In this document: one piece after another, positions 20,520 through 29,907 of the stretch
How the letters are laid out: the number at the start of each line of letters is the position of its first letter
Numbering within the stretch: the stretch's first letter is position 1
NCBI GenBank assembly: GCA_963662265.2
Contig: CAXXHA010000001.1
Coordinates: forward strand, 32,001-96,000
Direction: 5' to 3'
From: Spirochaetia bacterium
GTDB lineage: Bacteria > Spirochaetota > Spirochaetia > CADAEX01
Length of the DNA: 64,000 nucleotides
Notes under the pieces: generated by a model
What the model saw: only the letters and a program-made list of their open reading frames with translations
Told to the model about the DNA's origin: nothing
Databases searched by the model: none
Position numbers and translations under genes: made by a program

Positions 20520-20939
20520 CTACTTGTTGAAAGTCTTAAGAAATTTGAAAGACCATATAAGCGCAAGAATTCCCGGAACCATTTGCATAACAAATGTTGT
20601 TCCCCCATTTAATATATCGCCCTGAGCTAAATGAAGCAGTGAATGGACACCATTCAAAAGCATCACAATAAGAGCTAAAACAGACAGGGTCTTCCACCCT
20701 GTTTTACTTTTCATTACAAATGACATGAAAGCGGGAGCGATAGTCATTACTACAAAAATAAAAATCATTATCTGCATGCCAGGCTGCTTCATCATGCTGG
20801 CAATTTCATCCAATATCTTTGGATCCATGCCATGAGAAAGCATATTATGCAGGATAGAGTGCATTAAATATCCTAAAAAACTTAGTGTATAAAGACCGGC
20901 TATCTCAAGCCGCCTGATATCTTTTTTGATTTCTTCCAT
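20520..20939 (-). CDS. Four-TM membrane protein with intramembrane His residues, unknown function
   Basis: RBS GAGGA, four hydrophobic segments, MHSILHNMLSH and GVHSLLH. Confidence 0.7.
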   Translation of the reverse strand: MEEIKKDIRRLEIAGLYTLSFLGYLMHSILHNMLSHGMDPKILDEIASMMKQPGMQIMIFIFVVMTIAPAFMSFVMKSKTGWKTLSVLALIVMLLNGVHSLLHLAQGDILNGGTTFVMQMVPGILALIWSFKFLKTFNK

Positions 20940-20964
20940 AGTTCTTCCTCCATATTTTTTATAG

Positions 20965-20997
20965 TTTGATAAAAATAATAATCTCAGTAATATCTAA
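20965..20997. promoter_or_regulatory. Degenerate tandem DtxR-type boxes
   Basis: TCAG-TAATAT-CTAA (20984) and TTTG-ATAAAA-ATAA (20965), 19 bp apart; TTGACA (minus) 21016-21021. Confidence 0.55.
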
Positions 20998-21025
20998 GCA
21001 TTGATTTTTTTTCAGTGTCAATCAA

Positions 21026-21529
21026 TCATAACCTGGCCACTATTCCTTTAAACACGTCAGCTGCCCTGTCAAGGTCTTCTTCATCGGGATGAGTTTCAGC
21101 ATCTTTCCACCTTTTTCTTCTTGCCTCATCAGGGGCATGAGGATGGTCCGGGGGGAGTTTTTCCATCCACTCAGTCAGCGCCGGATCTATCCGCCCCTGG
21201 CAGATAAAATCTCCGAGTACAGTATTTCCTTCAAGGATATTTTTACCTGCATTGATGCATTCAAGGGCATGTATTGAATCCGGATATGCCCCAAGCGTTG
21301 CAAAAATTGCGACTTTTTTTTCTGCGATCTTCTTCATATATTCAAGCGATTTGCTGTCAGGGCCGCCCTTGTCCACCCAGTATCCGAATGCTATAAAATC
21401 ATAACTTTCCGGATCAGGAGCTGTTTTAACACTGTATATCTCACATCTTTCCGGCATGACTTTATAAACAGCCTCTGCAACTTTTTTTGTATTGCCGGTC
21501 TTGCTTGAATAGACCACCATTGTTTTCAT
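21026..21529 (-). CDS. Flavodoxin-family protein (HmuF/FldH-like, heme-operon type)
   Basis: YSSKTGNTKKVA, GYWVDKG, FATLGAYPDS.HA, His-containing cap PPDHPHAP...THPD. Confidence 0.8.
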   Translation of the reverse strand: MKTMVVYSSKTGNTKKVAEAVYKVMPERCEIYSVKTAPDPESYDFIAFGYWVDKGGPDSKSLEYMKKIAEKKVAIFATLGAYPDSIHALECINAGKNILEGNTVLGDFICQGRIDPALTEWMEKLPPDHPHAPDEARRKRWKDAETHPDEEDLDRAADVFKGIVARL

Positions 21530-22950
21530 GTTGTTTCCTCCCTGTCTCCTATTTCTATTTTATAATCACACGTATCCTGCATAAGCTCATAGTCATGGGT
21601 TATTATCAGAATTATTCTCCCTTTCATGGCTTCTTTCTTTAGAATCTTTTTAATTATGGAAAGATTTTTTCCGTCAAGCCCGCTTGTCGGTTCATCAAGA
21701 ATAAGAATATCTGGATCTTTCATCAGCGAACACGCAATCACAAGTCTCTGCTTCTGTCCGCCCGACAGGGACTGGGGATGTCTTTCCTTGAAATCAATAA
21801 GCCCGAGCTCATCAAGAATCATCTCTGCCTTATTCTTCTCTTCCGTTGTTTTTTTCCTTCCTGCTGTAAGTTCTTCAAAAACTGTTTTCATGTAAAGCTG
21901 ATGATCAGTGTTCTGAAAAACAACACCGGATTTTTTCAGGAGCTCCTTTCCCTTTTCAGCTTTACCGTTCAGTATTATTTCCCCATCCTTCATCTTCAAA
22001 AGTCCGGTCAGCAGTTTCGCGAATGTGGTTTTTCCCGCTCCGTTTTTTCCTACAACCGCACAGACACTGCCGGAGGGAATCCTAACAGAATAGCAGTTAA
22101 ACACAGACTTACCTTTTTTATATTTAAAATTAAGATTCTCAACTGCGAGACATTTTCCTGATGCCTCTCCATTATTTTCAGGAGAACCCACATCTTCAAG
22201 AAAACCGAATCCCTTCTTTACAGAAAGCTGCCTGAGGCCGTATTTCCCGACAACCTGATCAGATTCAAGAATACCGAAGTTCCCTTTTTCTGCAATCCGC
22301 CCCCTGTCCATTATATAAACTGTATCAATGAGGGATGAGAGCCAGTAAAGCCTGTGATCAACAACTATAATTGTTTTTCCCTCTTTTTTGAGATCTGAAA
22401 GATGGGATGCAAGCATTTCTGTTGACTGATAATCAAGGTTCGCAGTCGGTTCATCAAGAACAACTATGCAGTTGCCGGAAAGAGATAAAGAAGCAAGAGC
22501 TGTCTTCTGTTTTTCCCCTTCTGAAAGATTAAAAATAGAAGAATCAAGAACTTTATCCAGCTTATACTTTTCAGAGACTGCTTCAACTTTGATTTTTATG
22601 TCATCAGGTTCATCTCCCCGGATTTCATTAATAAGTGACAGCTCACTCCGTACTTTAAGAGTAAAAAACTGCTGTTCCGGATCCTGAAAAAGACTTCCCG
22701 CATCTTTCGCGATTTCACATACCCGGCGTTCAGAATTATCAATGTTATTAACCCTGACACTTCCTTCAAGGTTTCCGAGATAATAATGGGGAATGAGACC
22801 GTTCAACACCCTGGAAAGTGTTGACTTACCGCAGCCGGAAGGCCCTGTTATAAGAACTGCTTCCCCTTTCTTTATTTCAAGATTTATATCTTCAAGAGCT
22901 TTTGTATCTGAAAAAGGATAGCTGTATGAAAGATTTTTTACATGTATCAT
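21526..22950 (-). CDS. ECF transporter fused double ATPase
   Basis: Two NBDs (GPSGCGKST, GKNGAGKTT), FQDPEQQFF. Start ATG 22950 overlaps the T-component stop. Confidence 0.85.
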   Translation of the reverse strand: MIHVKNLSYSYPFSDTKALEDINLEIKKGEAVLITGPSGCGKSTLSRVLNGLIPHYYLGNLEGSVRVNNIDNSERRVCEIAKDAGSLFQDPEQQFFTLKVRSELSLINEIRGDEPDDIKIKVEAVSEKYKLDKVLDSSIFNLSEGEKQKTALASLSLSGNCIVVLDEPTANLDYQSTEMLASHLSDLKKEGKTIIVVDHRLYWLSSLIDTVYIMDRGRIAEKGNFGILESDQVVGKYGLRQLSVKKGFGFLEDVGSPENNGEASGKCLAVENLNFKYKKGKSVFNCYSVRIPSGSVCAVVGKNGAGKTTFAKLLTGLLKMKDGEIILNGKAEKGKELLKKSGVVFQNTDHQLYMKTVFEELTAGRKKTTEEKNKAEMILDELGLIDFKERHPQSLSGGQKQRLVIACSLMKDPDILILDEPTSGLDGKNLSIIKKILKKEAMKGRIILIITHDYELMQDTCDYKIEIGDREETT

Positions 22951-23696
22951 GAAAGTATACCCCTTTCCACTAAGAGACCAGCCGCAATAATCAGGGCTGC
23001 TGGAATCCCTATAATATAATCTTCCCTGCACGGTTTAACAGCTGCATACCTGCCTGTATCAGCGCTGTCGATTATCCCTTTTATATCAGCAGCAATTGAC
23101 AGTTCATCTGATGATCTCAATGCCCTTATCACGGCAGGAACAATCAGAAGCCTTACAGACATCAGGGGATGAATTACTATAGTTATAAAATTAACACTGA
23201 TATTCCGGACTTTCAGACTTTCCCTGATATATTTAACATCATTAATAAACGACGGAATAAATCTTATAATCACAATAAGCGGAAAATATATAAAAGAAGG
23301 AAGTCTCAGGAATTTAAGGGAATTTATCAGAGAATCCATAGATGTTGAAAACGCTATCACCATGGTTATGTTGGACATGACCGATACCCTTAAAAAAGGG
23401 ATAAGCATTGAAAAATCACTGTCCCCTGTACCGTGTCCTGACATTATTTTTCCCATAAGGAATGAGAAAAACAGTGATATTGAAAACATTACAAGAATCA
23501 TCAGGTAGTAGACAAACATGGCCTTGAATTTCTTCAGCATTCCCGCGTAAATAAATGAGGCTGCAAAAAAAATCAAAAGAGATTCCTTCTGATCAAGAAA
23601 AACAATTAAAACTGACAAAATCAGAGAAAGAATTATCTTGGTAAGAACATTTACCCTGTGGATAAAACCATCGCCCCGTATATTCTGAAATATCAT
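22947..23696 (-). CDS. ECF transporter T component
   Basis: RFIPSF..D...IRESLKVR and RALRSSDELSIAADIKG motifs. Confidence 0.85.
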   Translation of the reverse strand: MIFQNIRGDGFIHRVNVLTKIILSLILSVLIVFLDQKESLLIFFAASFIYAGMLKKFKAMFVYYLMILVMFSISLFFSFLMGKIMSGHGTGDSDFSMLIPFLRVSVMSNITMVIAFSTSMDSLINSLKFLRLPSFIYFPLIVIIRFIPSFINDVKYIRESLKVRNISVNFITIVIHPLMSVRLLIVPAVIRALRSSDELSIAADIKGIIDSADTGRYAAVKPCREDYIIGIPAALIIAAGLLVERGILS

Positions 23697-24250
23697 AACC
23701 GTATTATCCCCGCATGTTTAAGTTCTTTTGAAAAATACATACCGGTAAATATTCCTGCAATGCATCCTGTATATCCGATAGAAACAGTTATCACTGCAAA
23801 ATAGAGAAGGTTTATATTTTCCCTCATGAAGAGAAAACCGAGTCCCAGAGATGCTATTCTGTACGCAGTCTCATAGAACCCGAGTCCGATAAGAACTGCT
23901 GCAGTATTACGGTACCCCCCCAGAAGAACAATCAGCCAGTCACCGATAAGACCTGCAAGAAGAGCCATCGGGGCAATCATCATCCCCCGCCCCATCATAA
24001 CCATCGTCATTATTGAATTGATAAGAACATACAGGGAAAGAACCCCGTATTTTCTTACCCTGTATAAAAGAATAACAAGCAGGGACGTGGCAATAAGATT
24101 TTTCAGAATCATTGCCACAGGATTCATACCTCCCCCGGTTATTGAGACAAGGAAGCTGGAAATCCGTATCAGAGCGGCAAATATCCCGATCGATACAATC
24201 TCCCAGCTTTCCCAGTATTTTTTCTTTTTAATCATCTGTTTCTTTTCCAT
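23693..24250 (-). CDS. MptD/Trep_Strep-family ECF S component
   Basis: Hydrophobic 185 aa protein, IGIFAAL start, ELKHAGI end, adjacent to T and A components. Confidence 0.75.
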   Translation of the reverse strand: MEKKQMIKKKKYWESWEIVSIGIFAALIRISSFLVSITGGGMNPVAMILKNLIATSLLVILLYRVRKYGVLSLYVLINSIMTMVMMGRGMMIAPMALLAGLIGDWLIVLLGGYRNTAAVLIGLGFYETAYRIASLGLGFLFMRENINLLYFAVITVSIGYTGCIAGIFTGMYFSKELKHAGIIRL

Positions 24251-25776
24251 TTATAGTAATCAATAATATTCTGGACAATATTCACATTCCAGAATTCCCC
24301 TGCTTCTGTAAGCCTAATGTTTCCCTGTTTTTCTGAAACAATCATTCCAGCCTTTTCCCACTGTGAAAACAGCGGATTATAAAAAGCTGATTTTTCCCCT
24401 GATTCCGGGCAGGGAAGATCGCTTAAATTAAACCCGGAAAACTCTTCAATCAGACCGGTTATTCTGCCGAACTGAGAATCATCAGTATCTTTTTCCGCTA
24501 TCATCCCGACAGGCTTGCTCACCTGTTCTACCTGTCTATAATAACTGTCAAGGCTCATCCCCTGCATAAGCCGGTAATTTCCGATATTGCCCCCGGCGCC
24601 GCACCCTGAAGGAATACAGGTATACCCATATTTGGAATAAATATTATAAAGGCTTCTTTCACGGGATGAAATTTTCCAATGGCGGAGAGATGCCCTTACA
24701 GCAAACCGGTTTCGGAAAAATGCATTTGAAAATCTGAAAAAGTCAGCCTGCTGCTTAAAATCAGCTGGAGGCGGAAGCCTGCCTTCTCTGATTTTTTCAG
24801 TTATCGGGGTCCCGGGAAAAAGATTAAGCTGATAAATACTGCACCCGTCAACTGAAGTCTCTTCTGTTAAGGTTTCAAGCTCTCTTTTCCATCCTTCCAG
24901 ACTCTGTCCGGGCAGCCCATAAATGAGATCAACAGCCACAGCTGCCTGATTAAGCGATGTTATAAAGGATAGCCTGTCAAGAATTTTATCTCTTGAGAGA
25001 ATCCGTCCAACACTCTGCCTTAGCCTGGTATCAAAACTCTGAACCCCGAAAGAAAAGCGGTTAACACCTTTTTCAAGGCATACATCAATTTTTCTGTCAG
25101 AAAAACCGAATAATCGCCCCTCTAATGTAATCTCACAGTCATTTGCCATTGGATACCACTGCCTCACGGCATCAAGAAGCTTTCCAAGACTCAGTTCTGA
25201 AAGGTCTGTAGGAGTTCCTCCCCCTATGTAAACAGCATTAAGGAGAAATCCTGAAGAAAAAAGCTTTTTCCCTGTAATTTTGATCTCTTTAACAAGAGCA
25301 TCAGCATATTCATCCATTCTGTCTGCATCTGTCCTGTTTCTGTAGAAAGCACAGAAATCACAGTTTTTTATGCAGAAAGGGATATGGATGTATGCAACAG
25401 CCTTTTCTACGGGCAGTAAATTATCAAAAAGCTTCTCAGAGACTGAGGCTGCATCTTTTTCATTAAGAGACTTACCTGAAGCACCTGCATGAACAGAGGG
25501 TTTGCTGTTAAATCCGGAATAAATCGGAAGATCTCCTGTATTCGCATGAAACCTTTCTATACCTTCATGTTTTGACAGGTGACTTTTGTTGTGCACAACA
25601 TTAAAACCGCCACGAAGCTCCGCAAGGAGCTCCGTGGTAATTGTTGTAATTTTTTTTTCTGAAGCATATTTTTCCGCTTTAGCCCTGATCATAGGCTGAA
25701 CAAAATCCGGGGCCTTTCTGACCTCAGAAACAGCTTCCTCTGACCAGTTTAAAGCAACAGCTGATCTTTTACACAT
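24232..25776 (-). CDS. hutW: Class C radical SAM methyltransferase, HutW/ChuW (anaerobic heme degradation) type, with N-terminal PCP_red-like domain
   Basis: YIHIPFCIKNCDFC, YIGGGTPT, LEGR, ERSLYN, GCGAGG, FWNVN; N-terminal WSEEA...APDFVQPMIRAKAE. Confidence 0.8.
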   Translation of the reverse strand: MCKRSAVALNWSEEAVSEVRKAPDFVQPMIRAKAEKYASEKKITTITTELLAELRGGFNVVHNKSHLSKHEGIERFHANTGDLPIYSGFNSKPSVHAGASGKSLNEKDAASVSEKLFDNLLPVEKAVAYIHIPFCIKNCDFCAFYRNRTDADRMDEYADALVKEIKITGKKLFSSGFLLNAVYIGGGTPTDLSELSLGKLLDAVRQWYPMANDCEITLEGRLFGFSDRKIDVCLEKGVNRFSFGVQSFDTRLRQSVGRILSRDKILDRLSFITSLNQAAVAVDLIYGLPGQSLEGWKRELETLTEETSVDGCSIYQLNLFPGTPITEKIREGRLPPPADFKQQADFFRFSNAFFRNRFAVRASLRHWKISSRERSLYNIYSKYGYTCIPSGCGAGGNIGNYRLMQGMSLDSYYRQVEQVSKPVGMIAEKDTDDSQFGRITGLIEEFSGFNLSDLPCPESGEKSAFYNPLFSQWEKAGMIVSEKQGNIRLTEAGEFWNVNIVQNIIDYYKWKRNR

Positions 25777-27866
25777 CAGAAGCTGTATCCCGCTCCGATA
25801 AAGAATGACCTTCCGGGAGCTGTAAGTTCTCCTACAGGCTCATATTCTTCATCGAGGATATTTGTAAATCCTGTATAAACATTAAGCATATCTTTATATG
25901 AAAGAGATGTCTTGAAGTTCAGGGTTATCCACCCGTCACTTTCGGTCTCAGTGCCGCTTGAATACTCTGTTTCTGATTTTGCCGCAAACCTTGAATAAAG
26001 ATCACTGTCAAGAACAGCATCTTTTGCAAGCTTCTGCTCATGCCTTACACCGAACCTGCCTTTTAAAAGAGGCTCACCGCTCTTCCATGTATCTTCTACA
26101 GTTTTACCGCTGCCGTAATCATATTTCTTTCTGATAAGTGTAAGATCAGAGTACGGTGTAATACCAAAGAGGTGTGTATCAACTGCAACAGAAAGTTCAG
26201 CTCCGAAAGTATCTGCCCCTCCGATATTTATGTATTCTGTATTATCTGTTGAGATATAGTCTTTTGCAGTTGTAAAAAATCCCGCAAGGTCTGCATAGAA
26301 GTATTCTCCGTCATAATTTGTCCCGAGCTCAAAAGAGTGCGATGTTTCAGGGTCAAGATCAGGATTACCAGCAATAGCTGATCCCGTACCATGAGCCGGA
26401 GCTCCTATATAAAGCTCAACAAGATTGGGGTGCCTGTATCCTGAGCCGTAACTTCCTCTCACAGAGAAATCATCTGAAATGTGATAGATTGATGCAAGGC
26501 TGAAAGAAAGGTTCCAGTCTGTTGAGTCCCCCTCCTGGAGAGTCATACCGGGATCATCTGTATCAACAAGCTCGGATGAAATAAATGTGTATCTTCCCCC
26601 GGCAGTTACAGAAAAGTCATCAAGTACTTCCCATTCATCCTGAACAAAAAATGCATATGTGTTCATCCAGGAATCATATTCAAACTTTTCATCAACCTTG
26701 GATGCAGGAATTACAGCCCCTTCATATGTATATGATTTCTCGGTACCGTCAATATCATCCCTCTTGAAATCAACTCCGGAAATAATATAATGAGATCCGT
26801 AAGCAAAGTCACTCTGAAAATTCACGCCTAGTGTTTTCTGTTTATTACATGTTGCAGTATGGCTTGCATAATCCATCACAACCATTCCGGGAGGATTCTG
26901 ATACATATAATAATCCATGAAAATATCAAAATCCCTTTCTGTATACTGATAATAAGTATCAAAGCTAATAACAGGGATAAAATCATTTAGATCGAACAGT
27001 TTTATAAAAGCAGAACCTTTTGTCCTGTCCGACCCTGGAATATCCATACTCATATCCTGAATCGGTCCCGCAGGAAAACCCAGTTCTTCCAGATCTGTAT
27101 AAACCTCATACTCGCTCTGATATACTTCAAATTTTGCTCCGGTATGGAATTTATCATTTTTGTAACCGAGATATGCGCTGTATTCATCGCTTTCCGAGCC
27201 GGTACCAGAATTTCGGTCTTCACCATTATTATCAAGAGTACCGTCAGGGGTTTCTGTATCATCATATCGTGAAAGGCCGTATGCAAATGTATATTCAATA
27301 CCGTTTACATTCCCGTTAATAATATTATCGCCCCTGAAACCTCTGGTTGCTGTATCATAGCTGTAATTAATACTTCCGCCGAACGGCTTGTCCCCCCCTT
27401 TCTTTGTTATAATATTAACTACACCACCTATAGCTTCTGATCCGTAAAGGACAGAAACAGGGCCCTTAACAACCTCAATTCTTTCAATCTGGGACTTTCC
27501 AAGCATTGCCATGGGGCCGTCCATTGATTTCTGGAGTGACAGAGGCTGACCATCAATAAGAAGAAGTGTTCTTCTGCTACTCTCTCCCCTTATGCATACA
27601 TATTTCATACCGTTTGAAGCTGTTGTTGCAATTTCAACACCCGGTATATCCCTCAATATTTCCGCTATATTCTGGGCAGGAGTCTCTTTAACCTCTTTAT
27701 CATCCACTATGACAGCAGATACAGGAACATCCTGAATATTCTTTTCTTTTTTCGAAGCTGTAACAATTACTTCATCAGTTTCTTCAAAATTTGTATTTTC
27801 TTCAGCATAGATAAACACTGAACAAAATATTAAAGCTGCTGTAATTAACTTAACTTTACCTGACAC
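25776..27866 (-). CDS. TonB-dependent receptor, probable heme receptor
   Basis: Signal peptide, DEVIVTAS TonB box, IERIEVVKGPVSVLYGSEAIGGVVNIITK, YRHPNL...AH...NPDLDPE, terminal YSF. Confidence 0.9.
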   Translation of the reverse strand: MSGKVKLITAALIFCSVFIYAEENTNFEETDEVIVTASKKEKNIQDVPVSAVIVDDKEVKETPAQNIAEILRDIPGVEIATTASNGMKYVCIRGESSRRTLLLIDGQPLSLQKSMDGPMAMLGKSQIERIEVVKGPVSVLYGSEAIGGVVNIITKKGGDKPFGGSINYSYDTATRGFRGDNIINGNVNGIEYTFAYGLSRYDDTETPDGTLDNNGEDRNSGTGSESDEYSAYLGYKNDKFHTGAKFEVYQSEYEVYTDLEELGFPAGPIQDMSMDIPGSDRTKGSAFIKLFDLNDFIPVISFDTYYQYTERDFDIFMDYYMYQNPPGMVVMDYASHTATCNKQKTLGVNFQSDFAYGSHYIISGVDFKRDDIDGTEKSYTYEGAVIPASKVDEKFEYDSWMNTYAFFVQDEWEVLDDFSVTAGGRYTFISSELVDTDDPGMTLQEGDSTDWNLSFSLASIYHISDDFSVRGSYGSGYRHPNLVELYIGAPAHGTGSAIAGNPDLDPETSHSFELGTNYDGEYFYADLAGFFTTAKDYISTDNTEYINIGGADTFGAELSVAVDTHLFGITPYSDLTLIRKKYDYGSGKTVEDTWKSGEPLLKGRFGVRHEQKLAKDAVLDSDLYSRFAAKSETEYSSGTETESDGWITLNFKTSLSYKDMLNVYTGFTNILDEEYEPVGELTAPGRSFFIGAGYSF

Positions 27867-27971
27867 TTGTTTCCCCTTCTAAATATTTTTAATAACAGAC
27901 TTTTTTTGAAAAATATTAAATTAAACTTTTTTACATCCATCATTTCGCTTCTGCACTTATAGATGATACTT

Positions 27972-28008
27972 TTTTAGAGAATTCTCACTTTGTTAGTTTA
28001 GCCTAACT
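27972..28008. promoter_or_regulatory. Tandem DtxR-type boxes upstream of heme operon
   Basis: TTAG-AGAATT-CTCA (27974) and TTAG-TTTAGC-CTAA (27993), 19 bp apart; TTGACA (minus) 28040-28045. Confidence 0.8.
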
Positions 28009-28161
28009 TTAAGGACAGAATATTTCCCTGCTTTAATTTTGTCAATAGCACAGAAAAATATATCTGTTTATTATTATTATTTTTTATTATTTAAACTGAT
28101 TACAATTTCAGAATGTCATCAAACCAGTTATATAACATGTATGTTTCAATTCAGCCAACAC

Positions 28162-29907
28162 CTAAAACGCCAGCAGTTTCCTTTCCTTAATCCCGATTTC
28201 TCCTGCCAGTTTCTGCGAATCCCACAGCTTTTTATAAAGATTGTTGTTTAAAACCAGGTCAGAGTGTTTACCCTGTTCTGCAATCCTTCCATTTTCAAAA
28301 ACAATTATTTTATCGGCGCTTTTTATAGTATTAAGATGATGTGCAATAACAATGAAAGTCCTTTTTTCAGCCAGATTGCTTATTGCCTTCTGAATCTGCG
28401 ACTCATTTACCGGATCAACATTACTTGTTATCTCATCAAGTATGACAATTGGCGCATCTTTCAGAAAAGCCCTGGCAATTGAAATTCTCTGCTTCTGACC
28501 GCCCGAAAGCCCGACACCGTTTTCCCCCACCAATGTGTTATACCCGTCCGGCAGCCCCATGATATAATCATGAATCATTGCCTTTTCAGCAGCACTGACA
28601 ACCTCCTCATGTGAGGCGTTTCTTTTACCAATCAGAATATTGTTGTATATAGTATCTGAAAACAGAATCACATTCTGCATGACAATACTTATATTTGACA
28701 GAAGATAATCATACTCAATATTACAGATATCCACACCCCCGATTCTTACAAATCCGCCGGAGGGGTCCCAGAACCGGAGCAACAAATTGGTTATCGTTGT
28801 TTTCCCGGAACCTGAAGGACCTACAAGCGCTGTAAGGCTGTTCTGTTCCAGACTGAAAGAAACGTTATCAAGTTCAAACGCCCCTTCACTGTAGGAAAAA
28901 TTTACACTATCGAAATTTATGTTGAATTCATCCGGTATTTCTGTTTCTCCGGGAAGCTCGACTACAGGCGATTTCAACACAGTCTGGATACGGTTGAAGC
29001 TGTCTTTCACTTTTATGTAATTAAGCCAGTGTCCTTCCATGTTTGCAAAAGGTTTGTAGAATTCCCTGCTTAAAGCAATGAAAACAAGATATGTAAACAG
29101 GTCTATTTCCTTGACATATACAAGGTACGCTCCGGAAATAACAAGAAAAGCAAATGAAAGCTCAATAAAGAACGAGTATCTTCCAAGGTACCCTGCAACA
29201 AGTTTTGCATTTTTCCGGCTGTTATTCCCGAATTCTTCAATACTGCTGTTTAAGCGGTTCTGAAAACACCGGTTATTGCTGAAAGATTTAAACACAGGTA
29301 TACCTTTTACATATTCGGCAAAGAGGCTTACCATGTCGGCATGACTGTCCTGAGTGTTTTTCTGGTTGTCAGATGCAGAGCATATCCCCTTGCAAAGAAG
29401 AAACAGTCCGGCAGGAATAAAGAAAACCATTGCAACAGCAAGCTTCCAGTTTATACAAACAAAACATGTAAAAAGCAATGCTGTAACAACAAAATCACTG
29501 ATCATCCTTGTCCACATATGAGCAACAACTGCCTCCATGTTATCAACATCCTTGTGTATTATTGTACTGATCTCACCAAGCCTTTCTTTTGAATAAAATC
29601 CGAGGGAAAACTGCTTCAATCTGAGAATCAGCTTTTCCCTGATCCCCTGTACTATATCAAACCCGGCAAAATGCTTTGCCATGTCTGCAGCAATATTGCA
29701 AGCTGCCTTGAAAACAACCAGCAGAACAAGGAATAACCAGTAAATACTGATATCTGTTTCACTGCCCCCTGCTGCCCTGTTAATCATATCAAGTATAAGG
29801 ACAATGACAGCAGTACCGGAAAATGAATACAGGATAAAAAAAACAACTGCAGTAATTATCATCCACTTACCCCGGACAGTCATGTTATTCAATATATCTC
29901 TAATCAT
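28162..29907 (-). CDS. ABC transporter permease/ATPase, IrtB/YbtQ-like (second pair)
   Basis: TMD + NBD, GPSGSGKTT, LSGGQKQR. Confidence 0.9.
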   Translation of the reverse strand: MIRDILNNMTVRGKWMIITAVVFFILYSFSGTAVIVLILDMINRAAGGSETDISIYWLFLVLLVVFKAACNIAADMAKHFAGFDIVQGIREKLILRLKQFSLGFYSKERLGEISTIIHKDVDNMEAVVAHMWTRMISDFVVTALLFTCFVCINWKLAVAMVFFIPAGLFLLCKGICSASDNQKNTQDSHADMVSLFAEYVKGIPVFKSFSNNRCFQNRLNSSIEEFGNNSRKNAKLVAGYLGRYSFFIELSFAFLVISGAYLVYVKEIDLFTYLVFIALSREFYKPFANMEGHWLNYIKVKDSFNRIQTVLKSPVVELPGETEIPDEFNINFDSVNFSYSEGAFELDNVSFSLEQNSLTALVGPSGSGKTTITNLLLRFWDPSGGFVRIGGVDICNIEYDYLLSNISIVMQNVILFSDTIYNNILIGKRNASHEEVVSAAEKAMIHDYIMGLPDGYNTLVGENGVGLSGGQKQRISIARAFLKDAPIVILDEITSNVDPVNESQIQKAISNLAEKRTFIVIAHHLNTIKSADKIIVFENGRIAEQGKHSDLVLNNNLYKKLWDSQKLAGEIGIKERKLLAF

